DNA of 64,000 nucleotides from Eledone cirrhosa (GCA_964016885.1 OZ024747.1:73222001-73286000), one strand, 5' to 3'; shown: positions 38,501 through 51,095, counted from the first letter of the stretch. Program-made: numbers and translations. Notes: generated by a model from the letters alone, not told the origin.

Positions 38501-38944
38501 CCGGGCAGGGATCCCTCAAAAAAGATTTGCCCTAGATGCGTGCGTCACGAAGAAACCGTGGCGCACGCATTGGTGCAATGTCCGGGCGTGGCTGATCTGT
38601 GGGGCTACGCCGAACAACTGCTGTCGCGGGTGGCGCCGATTAAATTGACCGCCGAGTCCGTGATGACAATCAAACCGCCTCCCCTCTTCACAAAGGAAGC
38701 AAAGGCGGTTTTTCTGTGCGTAATAGCCATGTTGAAAGAGGTTGTTTGGTGGACACGATTGAAAGGTCTGAGGTCAGGCAACTTCCTCTCTGGCCATAGT
38801 CTGGTCTACTTCTTCCGATATCACTTCGGAAGAAGGATAAGAATGGAGAGAGAGGTGCTTGGCCACAGGCAGTTTTATGAAAGGTGGGTGATAGTGGCGA
38901 GAATGGCTCGTGTAAATGGGCCTTCTCTGTATACCATCCTGTAG
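35507..38944 (+). CDS. LINE ORF2 protein: APE endonuclease, reverse transcriptase and C-terminal CCHC (1145 aa, intact)
   Basis: LNARGL, CETR, AGDWN, SYLDRF, TDH (APE); GYWKLN, KSPGLDG, FRPITLLN, DQSKAFDRV, RQGCPLS, AYADD (RT); CPRC..ETVAHALVQC. Confidence 0.97.
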   Translation: MDVLRVGCLNARGLGSTWKQAKLLNDLRSCSINVMVICETRISVMRQLAPTFDDFEVHASLCQPGGGGGVVVLLQKHLGLAVQVVHSDPEGRLLVLDVGSSESAALRLVAVYSPFGAERPDFFQRLETFLGTSRSLLLAGDWNDILDARWDYAGACPNRGGCNSLKGLLDRFNLVDRYRLDFPTVPTWTWRNHSGQSRSYLDRFLVRSKDRDILSCPEMRTVGYTDHKLVTCVVNLEKTHRQGPGYWKLNLSLPAKETYRNRISRLVKERLTGAIVNNRWWASLKREIRTESISYSKMLAANRNRNEKELTGKLEEAIKSEDVARVLASRTALNQFFDAKHEGCVIRSKIRALGNEGAKAVGWARVTEAKSGNRSTIRSLQDEDGRVIREPKQMCEAFQKHFARLFGGGEGPGRGVDFGPYLDGLPRLSNKEAESCEGPISADEIGDALSQCSRRKSPGLDGIPYELYLAMPVFFSELLEAVYCNWQQNGRIPCSVAKGVVTLVRKDENKGDSINNFRPITLLNTELKILAKVLAKRLALVVGGLVGDAQTCAIPSRSIHDNLHLMRYIIERVGNKPGFGGALINLDQSKAFDRVDHGYLDAVLAAAGFGPVFRGWITALHSNHICSRIKVNGYLSKPFEITRSIRQGCPLSSLLYVLTLEPLLRKLELLQGIPLEPGLSKAVSAYADDVTVMVSTDSEIEAIGTLLEEYERLSGAKLNREKSIGLQLGTWRGKPMPPDGVVGHWTEGPVKLLGVWFGPDLQVEKNWNEVTNKVFALTQKWAKCKLSLKGRAEVANIYIASVTYYRLTVVPCPKETLTTMERMLFQFLWKKRPPMVRRSICCQQPSKGGLGMPWLMMRRHALRLRHLQVFLTGQPVWAPFVKRAFPRLVSLTELQSWVKQRSGKLGDWHTECAQALRALWQAGRAIGGESTSSFYRGLVASRGDDTLGESLDMEEDELASLFGRTFGPGPMDNFQKSLAWQCYRGALPVRERLYRHGRPGRDPSKKICPRCVRHEETVAHALVQCPGVADLWGYAEQLLSRVAPIKLTAESVMTIKPPPLFTKEAKAVFLCVIAMLKEVVWWTRLKGLRSGNFLSGHSLVYFFRYHFGRRIRMEREVLGHRQFYERWVIVARMARVNGPSLYTIL

Positions 38945-39158
38945 GTAAAGAAGTAAAGGAGAGGGGAGCACCTTCTCCATGTGCTCCCCGGGCAAAGGAT
39001 TGCACACTTTTTCGGGGGTGTGTGCAACCCCCATCACGTCCCCTCCCTTTTGAGGTTATTTTCGATTATTTTCATGTTACACCCTTTTTACTCGATTATA
39101 TGTAAACTCCCCCTTTGTATTTGTCCCTTCTTTTTATGCCTTTATGGTAAATAAAGAA

Positions 39159-39199
<41 letters not shown>

Positions 39200-39275
39200 C
39201 CTTTCTTTGCTTCTTTGTTTGTTTGTTTGTTTGTTTGTTTCTTTCTTACTTTCTTCATCGTCACCATCATAATCA

Positions 39276-39600
39276 TCTTCTTCTTCTTCTTCTTCTTCTT
39301 CTTCTTCTTCTTCTTCTTCTTCTTCTTCTTCTTCTTCTTCTTCTTCTTCTTCTTCTTCTTCTTCTTCTTCTTCGTTGGAGAAGAGTAGCAGTCCGAGAAC
39401 CGAGAGCCCCAGAAATCTCAACTCTAGCTGGCGCGAGATCGGTATATATTCATGTACCGTTAGTCTTTGTAATGTTCTCAGGGTATCCGTCAACGTAGGT
39501 GCCGCGATCATTGCCAATAACCGCCAGCTGTGATGCAAAGGTGACCGTGTCGAGGCTCCGTTAAGTGACTCTCAACAGTGTGGCGAAGAAAACGTCTGTA
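39276..39600 (-). mobile_element. Possible retroelement 3' end with a long (GAA)n tail
   Basis: A GC-richer ~230-bp segment ends on the minus strand in a pure (GAA)n tract, seen as (TTC)n at 39276-39373. Confidence 0.3.
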
Positions 39601-40748
39601 GATTGGAGGTGCAGGACAATGTGTGACATATTTCAAAGAACGTCATATTAAAATTAGTTAATAAAAAAGTTACGTGAGGATACTTTAGTTGTATTATATC
39701 AGACTAATATCGGTATTATATATTCGTAGTTCAATATACTTCTTCATATTCCATTAATATTGATCTGGAAGGAACTAACAATGGCACTACAGGTAATTGA
39801 TAGGTAATAATATTGTATCTTTACCCCAAAGTTAAATAACCTGCTACAGATAGTAGGGTGCGATTTTAGGATAATTTCACTACAGTATATGAAATCCGTT
39901 GTTGGCTTGTATCGACCGAATATTTGGGGTATCCAGTAACCAGACAATAAATCGGTGTTTCACTTCCCCTCAGTTCCAATATCAGTTATGAACCACTCAC
40001 CTGCGTTGTAATCGTAACCAAGTGGAAAAAGGGAAATACCCTCTCCCTTAAATGACTACCAAATACCTCTTTTCTCTAGTTACCCCAGTACAGAATTAGT
40101 TCATTGCTCGAAAAAGTAGAATAATAACTCACTGCGATTATCATAAATATTTAAAGAATTTACTGCTTAGTCTGAAATGCGTAATGTATTCAATCTATGT
40201 GTCTGGCACGAGAAAAAGTAAATTCATCTATCTGAATGTAAATACTAAACATGTTATCTAATGTATTATTACAGACATACATGAAATGAATATTTACAGC
40301 CAGTAAAATATAAAAATAAATAAACTAAGCGCCTCTATTGCTATGTATGACGTAAAGCGGCAGAGAAGGTAAATTGCATTATGAGATGCTCGACAGTTTT
40401 ATGCTTGTATAATGTCAAGAAGCCATATGTATATTACTGCCGTGATATTTGACAGCTCATCATTGACGTAGTTAAAGTATGCCATACTTGCTCTCACATT
40501 ATATATTATAAACTTCAGATTTTTCACATTCATTTATGAAATACTATATCATTTTAATTCCTATAAATCAGTAGCATCTGGGAACTTTATTATAACAGAA
40601 AAATCTGTAGAACTGCCGATGATAGCCGCTAAATCACTCAAATCACATTCTAATGTCTTATAAAAGAAATGGCACATTGGGAAATGATATTGAAATCGAC
40701 GGGTAGTCATGTCTGAAAAAACTTTGAATATAACTTTGTTCGATAACG

Positions 40749-40860
40749 GATGGCTTAATAGTTAGAGAATTAGATTCGCAATCGTGAGGTTGAGAGTTCG
40801 ATTCCAGGACCGGACGTTACGTTATATCCTTGAACAAAACACTTTATTTCACATTGCTCT
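40749..40860 (+). mobile_element. tRNA-derived SINE, second family (decayed)
   Basis: TGGCTTAATAGTTAGAG...GAGTTCGATTCC followed by TCCTTGAACAAAACACTTTA. Confidence 0.55.
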
Positions 40861-42173
40861 TTCTGCCAAGAGTTGCGACCGGCAGATATTATCAGCATTG
40901 AATAGACTAATAAAGATTATATCTAAGTTTACGTTATGGTTCAAATGAAGCAGTGTTTTTGACGTGGAATCGTATTCTTAATGGGATATAGATTATTCTA
41001 CAAAACCTACCCAAGAGACTTCCAACCCCGTTTTTCTTAGAAGAAAATTATCCAATATGTATTTTAAAAAATGACATTATGGTATGGTTTAATGGCAAGG
41101 AGATCTTACTGGTATTTCTAGCAGATTGTGCGAGACGTATTGAATTTCAGGGATATTATAGGTTAAATAAAAGAAAATGACATTGCAGACATGTTGAAAT
41201 ATTATGAGAGACCGTGCGATCTAATAATAACCAACAATAAAAGGGAAATGATATTTGGTATGAAATCAATATAACTACGGGCTGTCAAGTGGACGTAATT
41301 AATCAGCAAAGACCTGTATATGTAACAGCAATTAACAATTGCAAAATGCAGACTTTCAATAGTAACCTAAGAAGCTTTATAGGAAATATGCTTGCCTTTC
41401 ATATAACTAATTAATCTGAATATTTAGTTTGCTGAATCTAATATCAATTTCATATAGTAACAAATGTAGCTGAATTCTACTTGTAATACTAAATGAAATT
41501 CCATGGGAATATAGTTTCTATTGCAAATAATTGAAACACTGGATATGTTTGCTAATATCAATTGACTAATATATATATATATTTATATAATAACACCCAA
41601 AGCTTGTATATTTGTCTTGAAACAATCAGGGTCGCCATTTTTTAACGAATCACAATATTTGACACAGCGATTAATATATATCTCAGACTATTCCACGAGA
41701 AAAGTTTTCAATCCAATAATCGAAACTCGAGAATTTGATGTATTGGACTGGGAGTAGCAGTGGGAGAGAGAATACAAACAGTTAAGGAAGTGGGAGACAT
41801 CACACACAACTACAAAACAGATATGAACAATAATAATGACAAATATGACAAAACGACATGAACAATAAATGCAAAAGAAATCAACAGACTTCTCGTAAGA
41901 TATATGTATGGCCACCGGAAATGAGAAAAAAGCTGACTGAGTTTAAAGATGGAAACAAGAAGTAAATGAAAGAAGTTTTGGGATTAATGAATATTTACCA
42001 AAATTTTGATTTTTCAGATTTTAATCTGCATTTTAAACTAAACGGTTGTTAGATGTTTTGGATACGTAGGTATATGTAAAAGATACTGAGCTCAATTGTT
42101 AGAATATTTTGATTCTAGTTTATCTCTCTCTATATTGTTTTATTTTGGGAGGGGCATACTGCCAATAAACGAA

Positions 42174-42268
<95 letters not shown>

Positions 42269-42767
42269 AGAGTTAAACAAGATTCAATGAGTACATCAAA
42301 GAATGAGTTTTACAATAGATAGGAAGCACTCTACAGTAAAAATATTTTCCAGAGTTAATTAATATTAATTCCAAATATTAACAAAACAGATATTCTTGTG
42401 ATCAATAAAATTTTATTATACATATTTCAGAGGTACTGAATTAATTTCAACAGTACCTCCTCATTAGATAAAATAAAATGATACATGACATACCCTTACA
42501 TGGTAGATGGTTAAGATTTAATCAAGGTAGTGATTAATTAATGAGAAAACTCAATATTTATACCCTAATATTGAGAACATGAGAAAACGTAATAGAATCA
42601 ATAGAGGGAGTGTGAATAATATATTTTAAGAAATACATGGCATCAAATATACATATATATTGTTAGTCTGCGGTACTGGTTCCTAGAAGAGCACAGATCA
42701 AGGAAGTAATTGTTACATTGTAAGATGCAGAGTGGGTATATTAGTGGAAGTAGTGGATCTACCACCA

Positions 42768-42793
42768 GGTTGACAGTTTCGGTTAGTCACCTC

Positions 42794-42797
<4 letters not shown>
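42768..42797 (-). ncRNA. Truncated hammerhead motif abutting (TA)n
   Basis: Minus strand: (TA)n-TGAAGA-ggt gacta acc-GAAA-ct-GTC-aacc. C3 and the 5' strand of stem I are replaced by the TA tract. Confidence 0.5.
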
Positions 42798-42836
<39 letters not shown>

Positions 42837-43144
42837 TCTCATAGATATACTAAATCACAAGATAATTTGTACATATATAGCAGTGTAATACACGCTATAG
42901 TACTCCATAACAACTGGAATGAATTCCAGTAAGAAATATAATCATACAAATAAAGTAGTGTAGTGGCAATAATCGAACTAATCAATTACAGTTATCAATA
43001 CAATTAATAAAACTCATATCAACAAATTAATGAATCAAATCAATTAATATAAATATAGCAAATATATTGATATATATCGAAACCAACGCTGGATTACACC
43101 AATGTCAAACTGATAGTATCAGTTATGTAAAATAAGTACATAGT

Positions 43145-43189
<45 letters not shown>

Positions 43190-43194
<5 letters not shown>

Positions 43195-43421
43195 CATTAT
43201 TTTACGATCGTTTCTGGGGGGTAGTTCCCCGTATGTCCATTCTATTATTGATCTATGTAAAATATATTACAAAATATCATTATTTCTGAAGACGGTGGGT
43301 AGTGAAGACGTGTATGTATATTTTCTTACTATGATATTTTGTAATATATTTTACATAGATCAATAATAGAATGGACATACGGGGAACTACCCCTCAGAAA
43401 CGATCGTAAAATAGTGAGTTT
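43190..43421. repeat. Inverted repeat (~90-bp arms, ~50-nt spacer)
   Basis: 43190-43280 is the reverse complement of 43331-43421 with few mismatches. Confidence 0.92.
43278..43416 (+). ncRNA. Type I hammerhead with ~104-nt stem II (family C)
   Basis: cattattt-CTGAAGA-cggtgggtagt...actacccctca-GAAA-cgatc-GTA-aaatagtg. Confidence 0.72.
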
Positions 43422-43689
43422 TACTATGAATTAACCGTTTTTTGTTTAATTTCATTGTTTTAATATTTCTATTTTTAACTCTGTATCCAATGAATTATAT
43501 CGTTGAAAATTTTGTATTTTAAACTTTGCTTCACGACATCTACATACGGATTACATTGAGTTCTTCATACGGTTTAGACGCTACCATTAATTGGTGGATT
43601 TATCTGTATATATATATATATATAAAATACATGAGGTTTTGGTTTGGTTTGATTAACAAGTCTGATGAGCAGATCTGGCTGGAGTCGTG

Positions 43690-44053
43690 TCTATAGCAGT
43701 GAACCGGAACGAATACCGCACACCGTTCTACCAGCCGTTCTAACGTCTCTGCCAATTTGTCCCCAATTCGCCGCCTTTAAAACTCAAAAATAAGAAACTG
43801 TTATAAAATTTATAGCTTTCCAGCTTTGAAAAATACTAATTTTTACCAGAAACATAAAACCACAGTTATTTGTGTCTAGAAAACACATTGAATAGAATTG
43901 ATTCCACGACTTGACTGTTATTTAATTTATGGACCCTGGAAGAATAAAAATTAAAGTCGATTTCGGTGCGATATGAATTCAGAACTCAAACGAACGTGAC
44001 TAAATACGGCAAAATGTTTCTTTCGACGCCCCACCGATGCTGATATCCATCGC
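43690..44053 (-). mobile_element. Two decayed SINE remnants
   Basis: Similarity to the head and core of the major SINE family. Confidence 0.55.
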
Positions 44054-44576
44054 AATTGAAAATTGAAATAAACGTGTAAAGGTTATTGGTTCTACCAACG
44101 ATTCTAATTGTTCATAACACTTTGTCAGCTGACAGTGAAAATGTTGCAATATCAGCACATTTACCCGTTTTCTTCTGAATGGCTATTTGAGAGATGACGT
44201 CATACAACCCCATATATAATGCATTTATTAAATATAGTCCTTTGATGTGATAGAAATATGACAGGTTTTGAAAATGTGTGAAGCACATTCAAAGGGTGGG
44301 CATTAAAATTGGACAATATTTCCTGCAAATGGAGAAAACTCTCAACTCTAACCTTTAGCGAACCATTGGTGCTGTTAATTTAGCCTAGATGTGAAAAACC
44401 GAAATTTATGCACGGCTCAACGAGAATATGCAGAAAAATTCCAGACAGCTCCATCTCTGGATAGGAATAATTAGGAAACATCTTTAATGTAAAGTCTAAG
44501 AGGATGAGTTAGAGCAATGATGAATATAGGTGAGGAAAACCCAGATTGCTTTTTTCGAGGGAGGAATGGTTGTTAT

Positions 44577-44746
44577 AATTGTTTCTACATTTGGCACAAG
44601 GCCAGTAATTACTTTATTTTATCGACCCCATAAGAATGAAAGCCAAAGTTAACCTCAGCGGGATTTGAAGTCAGAATGACAAGGGCTGTAACTCTATGCG
44701 CCAAAGCATGGAGTCCGACCCTCTACCGATACTGCCAATCTACCGC
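44577..44746 (-). mobile_element. tRNA-derived SINE, near full length with a single head
   Basis: Ends ...CATGGAGTCCGACCCTCTACCGATACTGCCAATCTACCGC, the same head as the arrays but unamplified. Confidence 0.88.
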
Positions 44747-45296
44747 AGACTAGATTAACTTTGAATATAGCACATCTATAAATCTGGTTGTAATGCGTTG
44801 ACCTAATGACCTTCTTTGGGAAGTAGTTAAGAGGATTTTTGTATATAGCTCATCATTGAATAAACGTGTGTCGAACCTTTGTAGAGAGTCAGCAACAACA
44901 GAGAAGAAATGTTTTCTAAAGATTCTGTCAATTCGCCGCGTCACTGTTAAAAATAAATTCACCCTATGTGGTATGGATTGACTATTTCTCTGAACATGAC
45001 AGGTATAAAGGTATTTTATATTTTATTGAACTTATAATGAGACGATTTCCTCCGATGATTGGTTCCACGTCACTCGGAGCCGTATCAAAGTCGATATTTT
45101 GTAATTGATAATCGAGTACTTAGATCAATTTTCAATCCAGTTCTAAGAGTTATGAAAGAGCTCTGTACGGAACTTTAGTTTTTCCACCTTAAAACATCTG
45201 GTGTTTCCAAAATATTAGGTTCATTATATATAAGTACAGAATACTATAAGTTTATCTAACCATATATGGCTAAATACATGTATTTGTTTTAGATTT

Positions 45297-45353
<57 letters not shown>

Positions 45354-46069
45354 AGATTTGAATGGATACAGTTTAGTTGAAAGGAATTTATTGACACGTG
45401 TTTCTATAACAGTTACATAACCTAAAACAGCTGCTATCTACAAACTTTTAGTTATGCAGACATTCAATATTTCAATGTTATTATTTACTGTCATTTCATC
45501 AGAATAATATTACTGAGGACCTATTTAGTTTTTATAGAGAATATTAGGAGGGAGGGGTGAAGTTGTTAGAAGAATAGTTGAAGGAGTGGTTTTTCGATAG
45601 CAGTGAGAATTCTTGGTGGCAGTGAGTAATTAGATTCCCATCTGTTGTTTTGACATTTTTTATAGAATATATTATTGGTTATTTTTCTAAATCTATAGAA
45701 GGATTAGAGATAGTAAAGATATGCGTGGTTGGTTTTGTGTTTGCACTTAATTAACATTCAGACTTAAATTTTTCTTTCAAGTGTACGTATCCTTTCACCC
45801 ACGCATTCACACACAAATATATTTGCACACCTCTACAAAATACATATACTCACAATTCACATATTCATACTTACATATATATACACATGCATACACATAT
45901 ATATACACACATGTATTCATGTACATACATACGCGCTCATGTGTATACATTTTCATACTCAACTTATCTTTATATACACACGTATAGACACACACATATA
46001 TACATACTTACTCTAGTACATGTGTACACACATACACATCTATATACACATCTATATACACATATATAC

Positions 46070-46167
<98 letters not shown>

Positions 46168-46595
46168 ACACATATATATACACATACATATACATATATA
46201 TATAAACACTTTAATACATGAATACACTTACATCTAACTATACACATCAAACATATATATATATTTACTTATTTATATACATTTTCACATATATATACAT
46301 ACTTATGGACGTTTTTAGACACATTCATTATCGCATATTTGCACCTATTCTCATCAGCATATCTTTCCATTATTAGTGTGGTAATTTAAGGTTATTAATA
46401 TATGTTGAGAAGAGATTGTTTTTATATTTTTCTAGCTAGATTAATGTTTATATAGTTGGGGGATGTCCCTCTTTTATGTAATATGTAATATGTAATATAT
46501 ATATATTTATTTGAATATATATATATATATTTATTTGAATATATATATATATATATACATATGTATATATATATATATATATATATACATATGTA

Positions 46596-46656
<61 letters not shown>

Positions 46657-46821
46657 ATACTTTGGGAGGGTCATGTTGCCAATAAGAAACACACGCACCA
46701 GTTGCTTTCACTTCAATTTATTATATATTTATAAATTTATATATTTACAAATTTACAAACTTATAAATTTCTGGTTGGTTGGTTGGTTCCACAACTAATT
46801 TGCTAAACAAATTCAGAAACG

Positions 46822-46858
<37 letters not shown>

Positions 46859-46991
46859 CTCACCATTCTTTGCTTAAAATTTAATCTGTTATTTTAATAA
46901 ATATTTGCCCTAGGGTTCTTATATATTTGATATATATTTATCCTTACCGAGCCCTCTTTGGATTTTTAGTCTTCACATTTATTATTATTAC

Positions 46992-47029
<38 letters not shown>

Positions 47030-47119
47030 AATGTTTTAAAAGTATTCATACCTTCAAATTATTTGATCACCTTTAAGGTTCGTCTCTGAGATTATTCTCT
47101 GCTTCTTGTATAATATATT

Positions 47120-47650
47120 GGTTTGTTATTTTATTCTTCTCTGTCCTACACATAATGTTTATTATGTTATGTTTCTCTCGTATTTTGTTTTCTACTATTC
47201 GTTTATTTAATGTCGGTTTATTGGATTTCGGATTTGTTCAGTTTATTTTGCCGCTGGTTTTGCAGATATAGGAGTTACACGTGTAATTCACATTTCAACA
47301 AATAAACTACAGTATCTGTTCCTGACTACCAATTTTGATCGATGATTTATTCTTTAAAGTCTGCTAGGCTGTCATATTGTATTTCGATACTGCATTCATT
47401 ATCCATTTATTTTCACCTTTGAGATGTTTTTATCTTTTCAATCGTGTGGTATTTTAGGGCAGTATCTTATCATGTTAGGTTCTTCAGATAAGTGCATTTC
47501 TGTGGGTTTAATGCAATACTTTGATCTTTGTTGTTACTCTTTACATGCCCGTAAGTATTTTGGTAATGTGTCTCTGTGTTATTCTTAATATCTGATTATT
47601 TTCATAAGTTATATATGTTAGTTATCCTTTCTCTAGGTTAATATATCTAA
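47120..47650 (-). pseudogene. Decayed Penelope-like GIY-YIG remnant
   Basis: Minus strand near 47315-47245 reads TVVYLLKCEL then, after a frameshift, CNSYICKTS. Outer limits are approximate. Confidence 0.4.
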
Positions 47651-48010
47651 TACATTGTGCTCAGTAATATAAAGAAAATGGTAAGCCTGTACAAATAAAT
47701 GTAGTGTATGTTTACGAAGTTTGAAATCTCAGTTGAAATTTATTTCTTTTCACAAAAAACATGAGTTTAGGCCTGGAAAGGAAATTTCTGATACATATAT
47801 AATTAGTTAAAATAAATTATTAAACCTCATCCCATCTCTTATTCATAAAGTGTACTTCACAACTTTTGTGTCTGCTAGAAACGTCATTAAATTTGACAAT
47901 TATTTAATCAATTTATAACCAAATTGTTGCGTATTTTTGTAGACAGATAATTCTATTTAACTATCTTTCGATTTTGCCCCTTAATACTTTCTTCTTGACA
48001 ACAACGAAAT

Positions 48011-48127
48011 ATTGGTTTCTGATTTAGGCACAAATACAACAATTTGCGGGTAGGGGGAAATTGATGAATTCCACCCCAGAATGTTACTGGTACTTTATTT
48101 TATCGACACTGAAAGGCAAAGCTAACC
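48011..48127 (-). mobile_element. SINE fragment (major family)
   Basis: ACTGGTACTTTATTTTATCGAC...GAAAGGCAAAG. Confidence 0.7.
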
Positions 48128-48444
48128 GACGCGCAGCCACCTCCATTCCCATAGTAAAGAGCAGGGATGTGGTAAGGGGTGGGCACGAACGTTGAAAGTC
48201 TCCACTGCTACAGACTCAACCACAAACCTATTACTTCCCAGGTGTATTAGAAATCTATTTGCTACAAAGCAAGGAATCAATTTAATTCATTACATTCCTC
48301 GGACATTAGATAAAATTAAACATTTCCACGTCAATTTCTTGGTTTCTGATAATCTAAATTAAAATCAAGTTAGATTTATCAACGCTATTTCCAGAGGTCA
48401 ATATTATCGAAACAATAATTCACATCAGCACCACATATTTTTGT

Positions 48445-48524
<80 letters not shown>

Positions 48525-48962
48525 ATGTATGTATATATATATATGGGTGATTGAATACACAAGTCTTTTGTCTCAAAATATTTTTTTGCATTCCTTCTTC
48601 TTCTCACTCTCTTTCTATTTCATTTTTTGATAAAGGACTAGTCTCTGAAACACTAAGACTCTTTTCCTACTATCCAACTCTATCAAGCGTTACACTAATA
48701 TATTTCCTTATTGTACTGTTTCGTTTGATTCATTAATTATGTTTACTCCTTTTTCTAGCAAATACGGTCTCGCTTATTGTCCACCTTTACTACCCTTCTG
48801 TGATCACTGTATCACATGTTTATTTCTCCCTCCGCCTCTCGACAATTTCTCACTTCTTACGAAGGGATTTCTTGATAGACCTTATCAACCTCATAGCGAT
48901 GGTACACTTCTATGGTGCATAAATTTCTGCAAACAGATTCGGCGAATATGTGCGTGTATATC

Positions 48963-49049
<87 letters not shown>

Positions 49050-49880
49050 AAGGAGAAGAAGCACAATGACCGGGAGTGTTATGTAGTTCAAATATGGTTG
49101 GTCTCCAGTCAGTGAGACAAAGTAATATCTTAGGAAATTTGTTCAATTCTTTCATATCAAGAGAAATAAAATCTTTACATTGATTTACAATATAATTAAA
49201 AATGAATTTTATAGTTAAGATTATAATGTAAATACTTTCTCTGTAGATTATTTCTATGTTTTACTTGGTAAAAATATCAGTTAATGTTTATATATCAGAT
49301 AAATTATTATAAACCAACAACAATAACATGACAGGATTAAATAAATAAAACAAACGATAACTAAATGATATGATAAACAAAACAGCTGCATGAATCCATA
49401 TAACTGCACAGACAGATGTACAGGAAATTTATATATATTTATCTTAAGCTAAGATCTCCTGCTACAAAGGTTTAGATATGGAATACTTGCACACATAGAC
49501 GTTCATTTATGTTTTAATTGTCGAGTGACCTAATAGCATGACTACAAGAGCGTTCATTTTGCACAATTGCATTATCATTGACACCGTTGTTATCACATGC
49601 CATCGCTCGTGTCAAAGTAATGTGCAATTGGAATATAAATGCAGGCGAAAAAAATATTCACACAAATATCGTATCGAAAAACACGTACGCACAGGTACGG
49701 GCGTATACATATACGCACGCTCACCCACGTTTAGACACACGCATATCCATACATCAATACACACACACATATATATATATATATATACATATATATATAC
49801 ACATATATATCTATCTATTTCTCTATCTATCTATCCATATATATATACATATACATATATATATACATATATATATACAC

Positions 49881-49992
<112 letters not shown>

Positions 49993-50700
49993 GTTTATAT
50001 TTATATACACATACATATATATAATCATATATATATACAAACACACAAACACACACAACACACACACAAACACACACATATACACACATGCATATATATA
50101 AGAACCAATTTCTGACAGAAAAGAGAAACAGGCTTCCCGTCTAGATATTAGGTACAATTCTATTTGCTTGTGCTGCAAACGTGTGAGTTGTAACACGATA
50201 TGTCACATGATCATCCTATTACTGCAGATTAGGCATTAGAATATATTGCTTCTGCATGTTAACTTTAATTCGCTCCTATTTATGTATTTATTTATTGAAT
50301 TATTTGTTTATTTATTGAATTATTTGTTTATTTATTCAATTATTTGTTTACTTATTCAATTATTTTTTTATTTATTCAATTATTTGTTTATTTATTTATA
50401 TATATCATTTATTTATGTATATTCAATTTAAGTTATCATTGTATTTACCTCTACAAAATATAGAGCCATTTAATTTATTTTGCAGAGAACGAATTGTAAA
50501 CTAAATATATATAAACTAGAAGGTCCCGGTGCCATCTTGAAGATAAAAAGACTCAAATTTTTCTTTACAGAACAAAATGTTTGTTTGTTTGATTGATTAT
50601 TCCTTAAATTTGAAGTAACGATAGATAGTTTCAAATGATATGTATATATATGTATATATATATATATATTTACATATATATATTTACATATATGTACTTG

Positions 50701-50734
<34 letters not shown>

Positions 50735-50785
50735 AGTATTCTATAAGTCTCTAGCTGTGTCATTCTCGATAAAAGCACTGGATAT

Positions 50786-50828
50786 GTAGTCCTGATGATT
50801 TCTAACAAGAATGAAACGCGTAGATTAC
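50786..50828 (+). ncRNA. Type I hammerhead ribozyme (family D), copy 1
   Basis: gtagtc-CTGATGA-tttc taacaa gaat-GAAA-cgc-GTA-gattac. Stem I is extended by a perfect 16-bp helix, 50762-50777 with 50835-50850. Confidence 0.82.
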
Positions 50829-51095
50829 TTCCCTTGCTTTTATCGAGAATCTAATTGTAATACGTGACGTATTCTATTCTATAGCGATTAGGTCTTCAAA
50901 ATGTTTATTATAAGCATACAGAATATTTTCGAATATTCTATGTCTATATTCACATATATATCGCTATTTCAGAGCATTTATTCCAATTTCTAATTTCTGC
51001 CGGACCGGCAACCGCTCTTTCAAACCAGTTCCTGTACACAGCTAAGTATTCTATAAGTCTCTAGCTGTGTCATTCTCGATAAAAGCACTGGATAT

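Larger units (their letters stand above)
33361..39159 (+). mobile_element. Near full-length Tx1/L1-clade non-LTR retrotransposon
   Basis: 5' UTR, ORF1 with Zn knuckle, ORF2 with APE-RT-CCHC, 3' UTR ending AATAAAGAAA. (TCTA)n immediately flanks both ends. Confidence 0.95.

Noticed and set aside
45461-45506. Minus-strand CTGATGA-aatg...catt-GAAA motif (and a similar one at 27610-27658)
   Set aside because: Stem II is plausible but the cleavage triplet or stem I is not satisfied; at most decayed relics.
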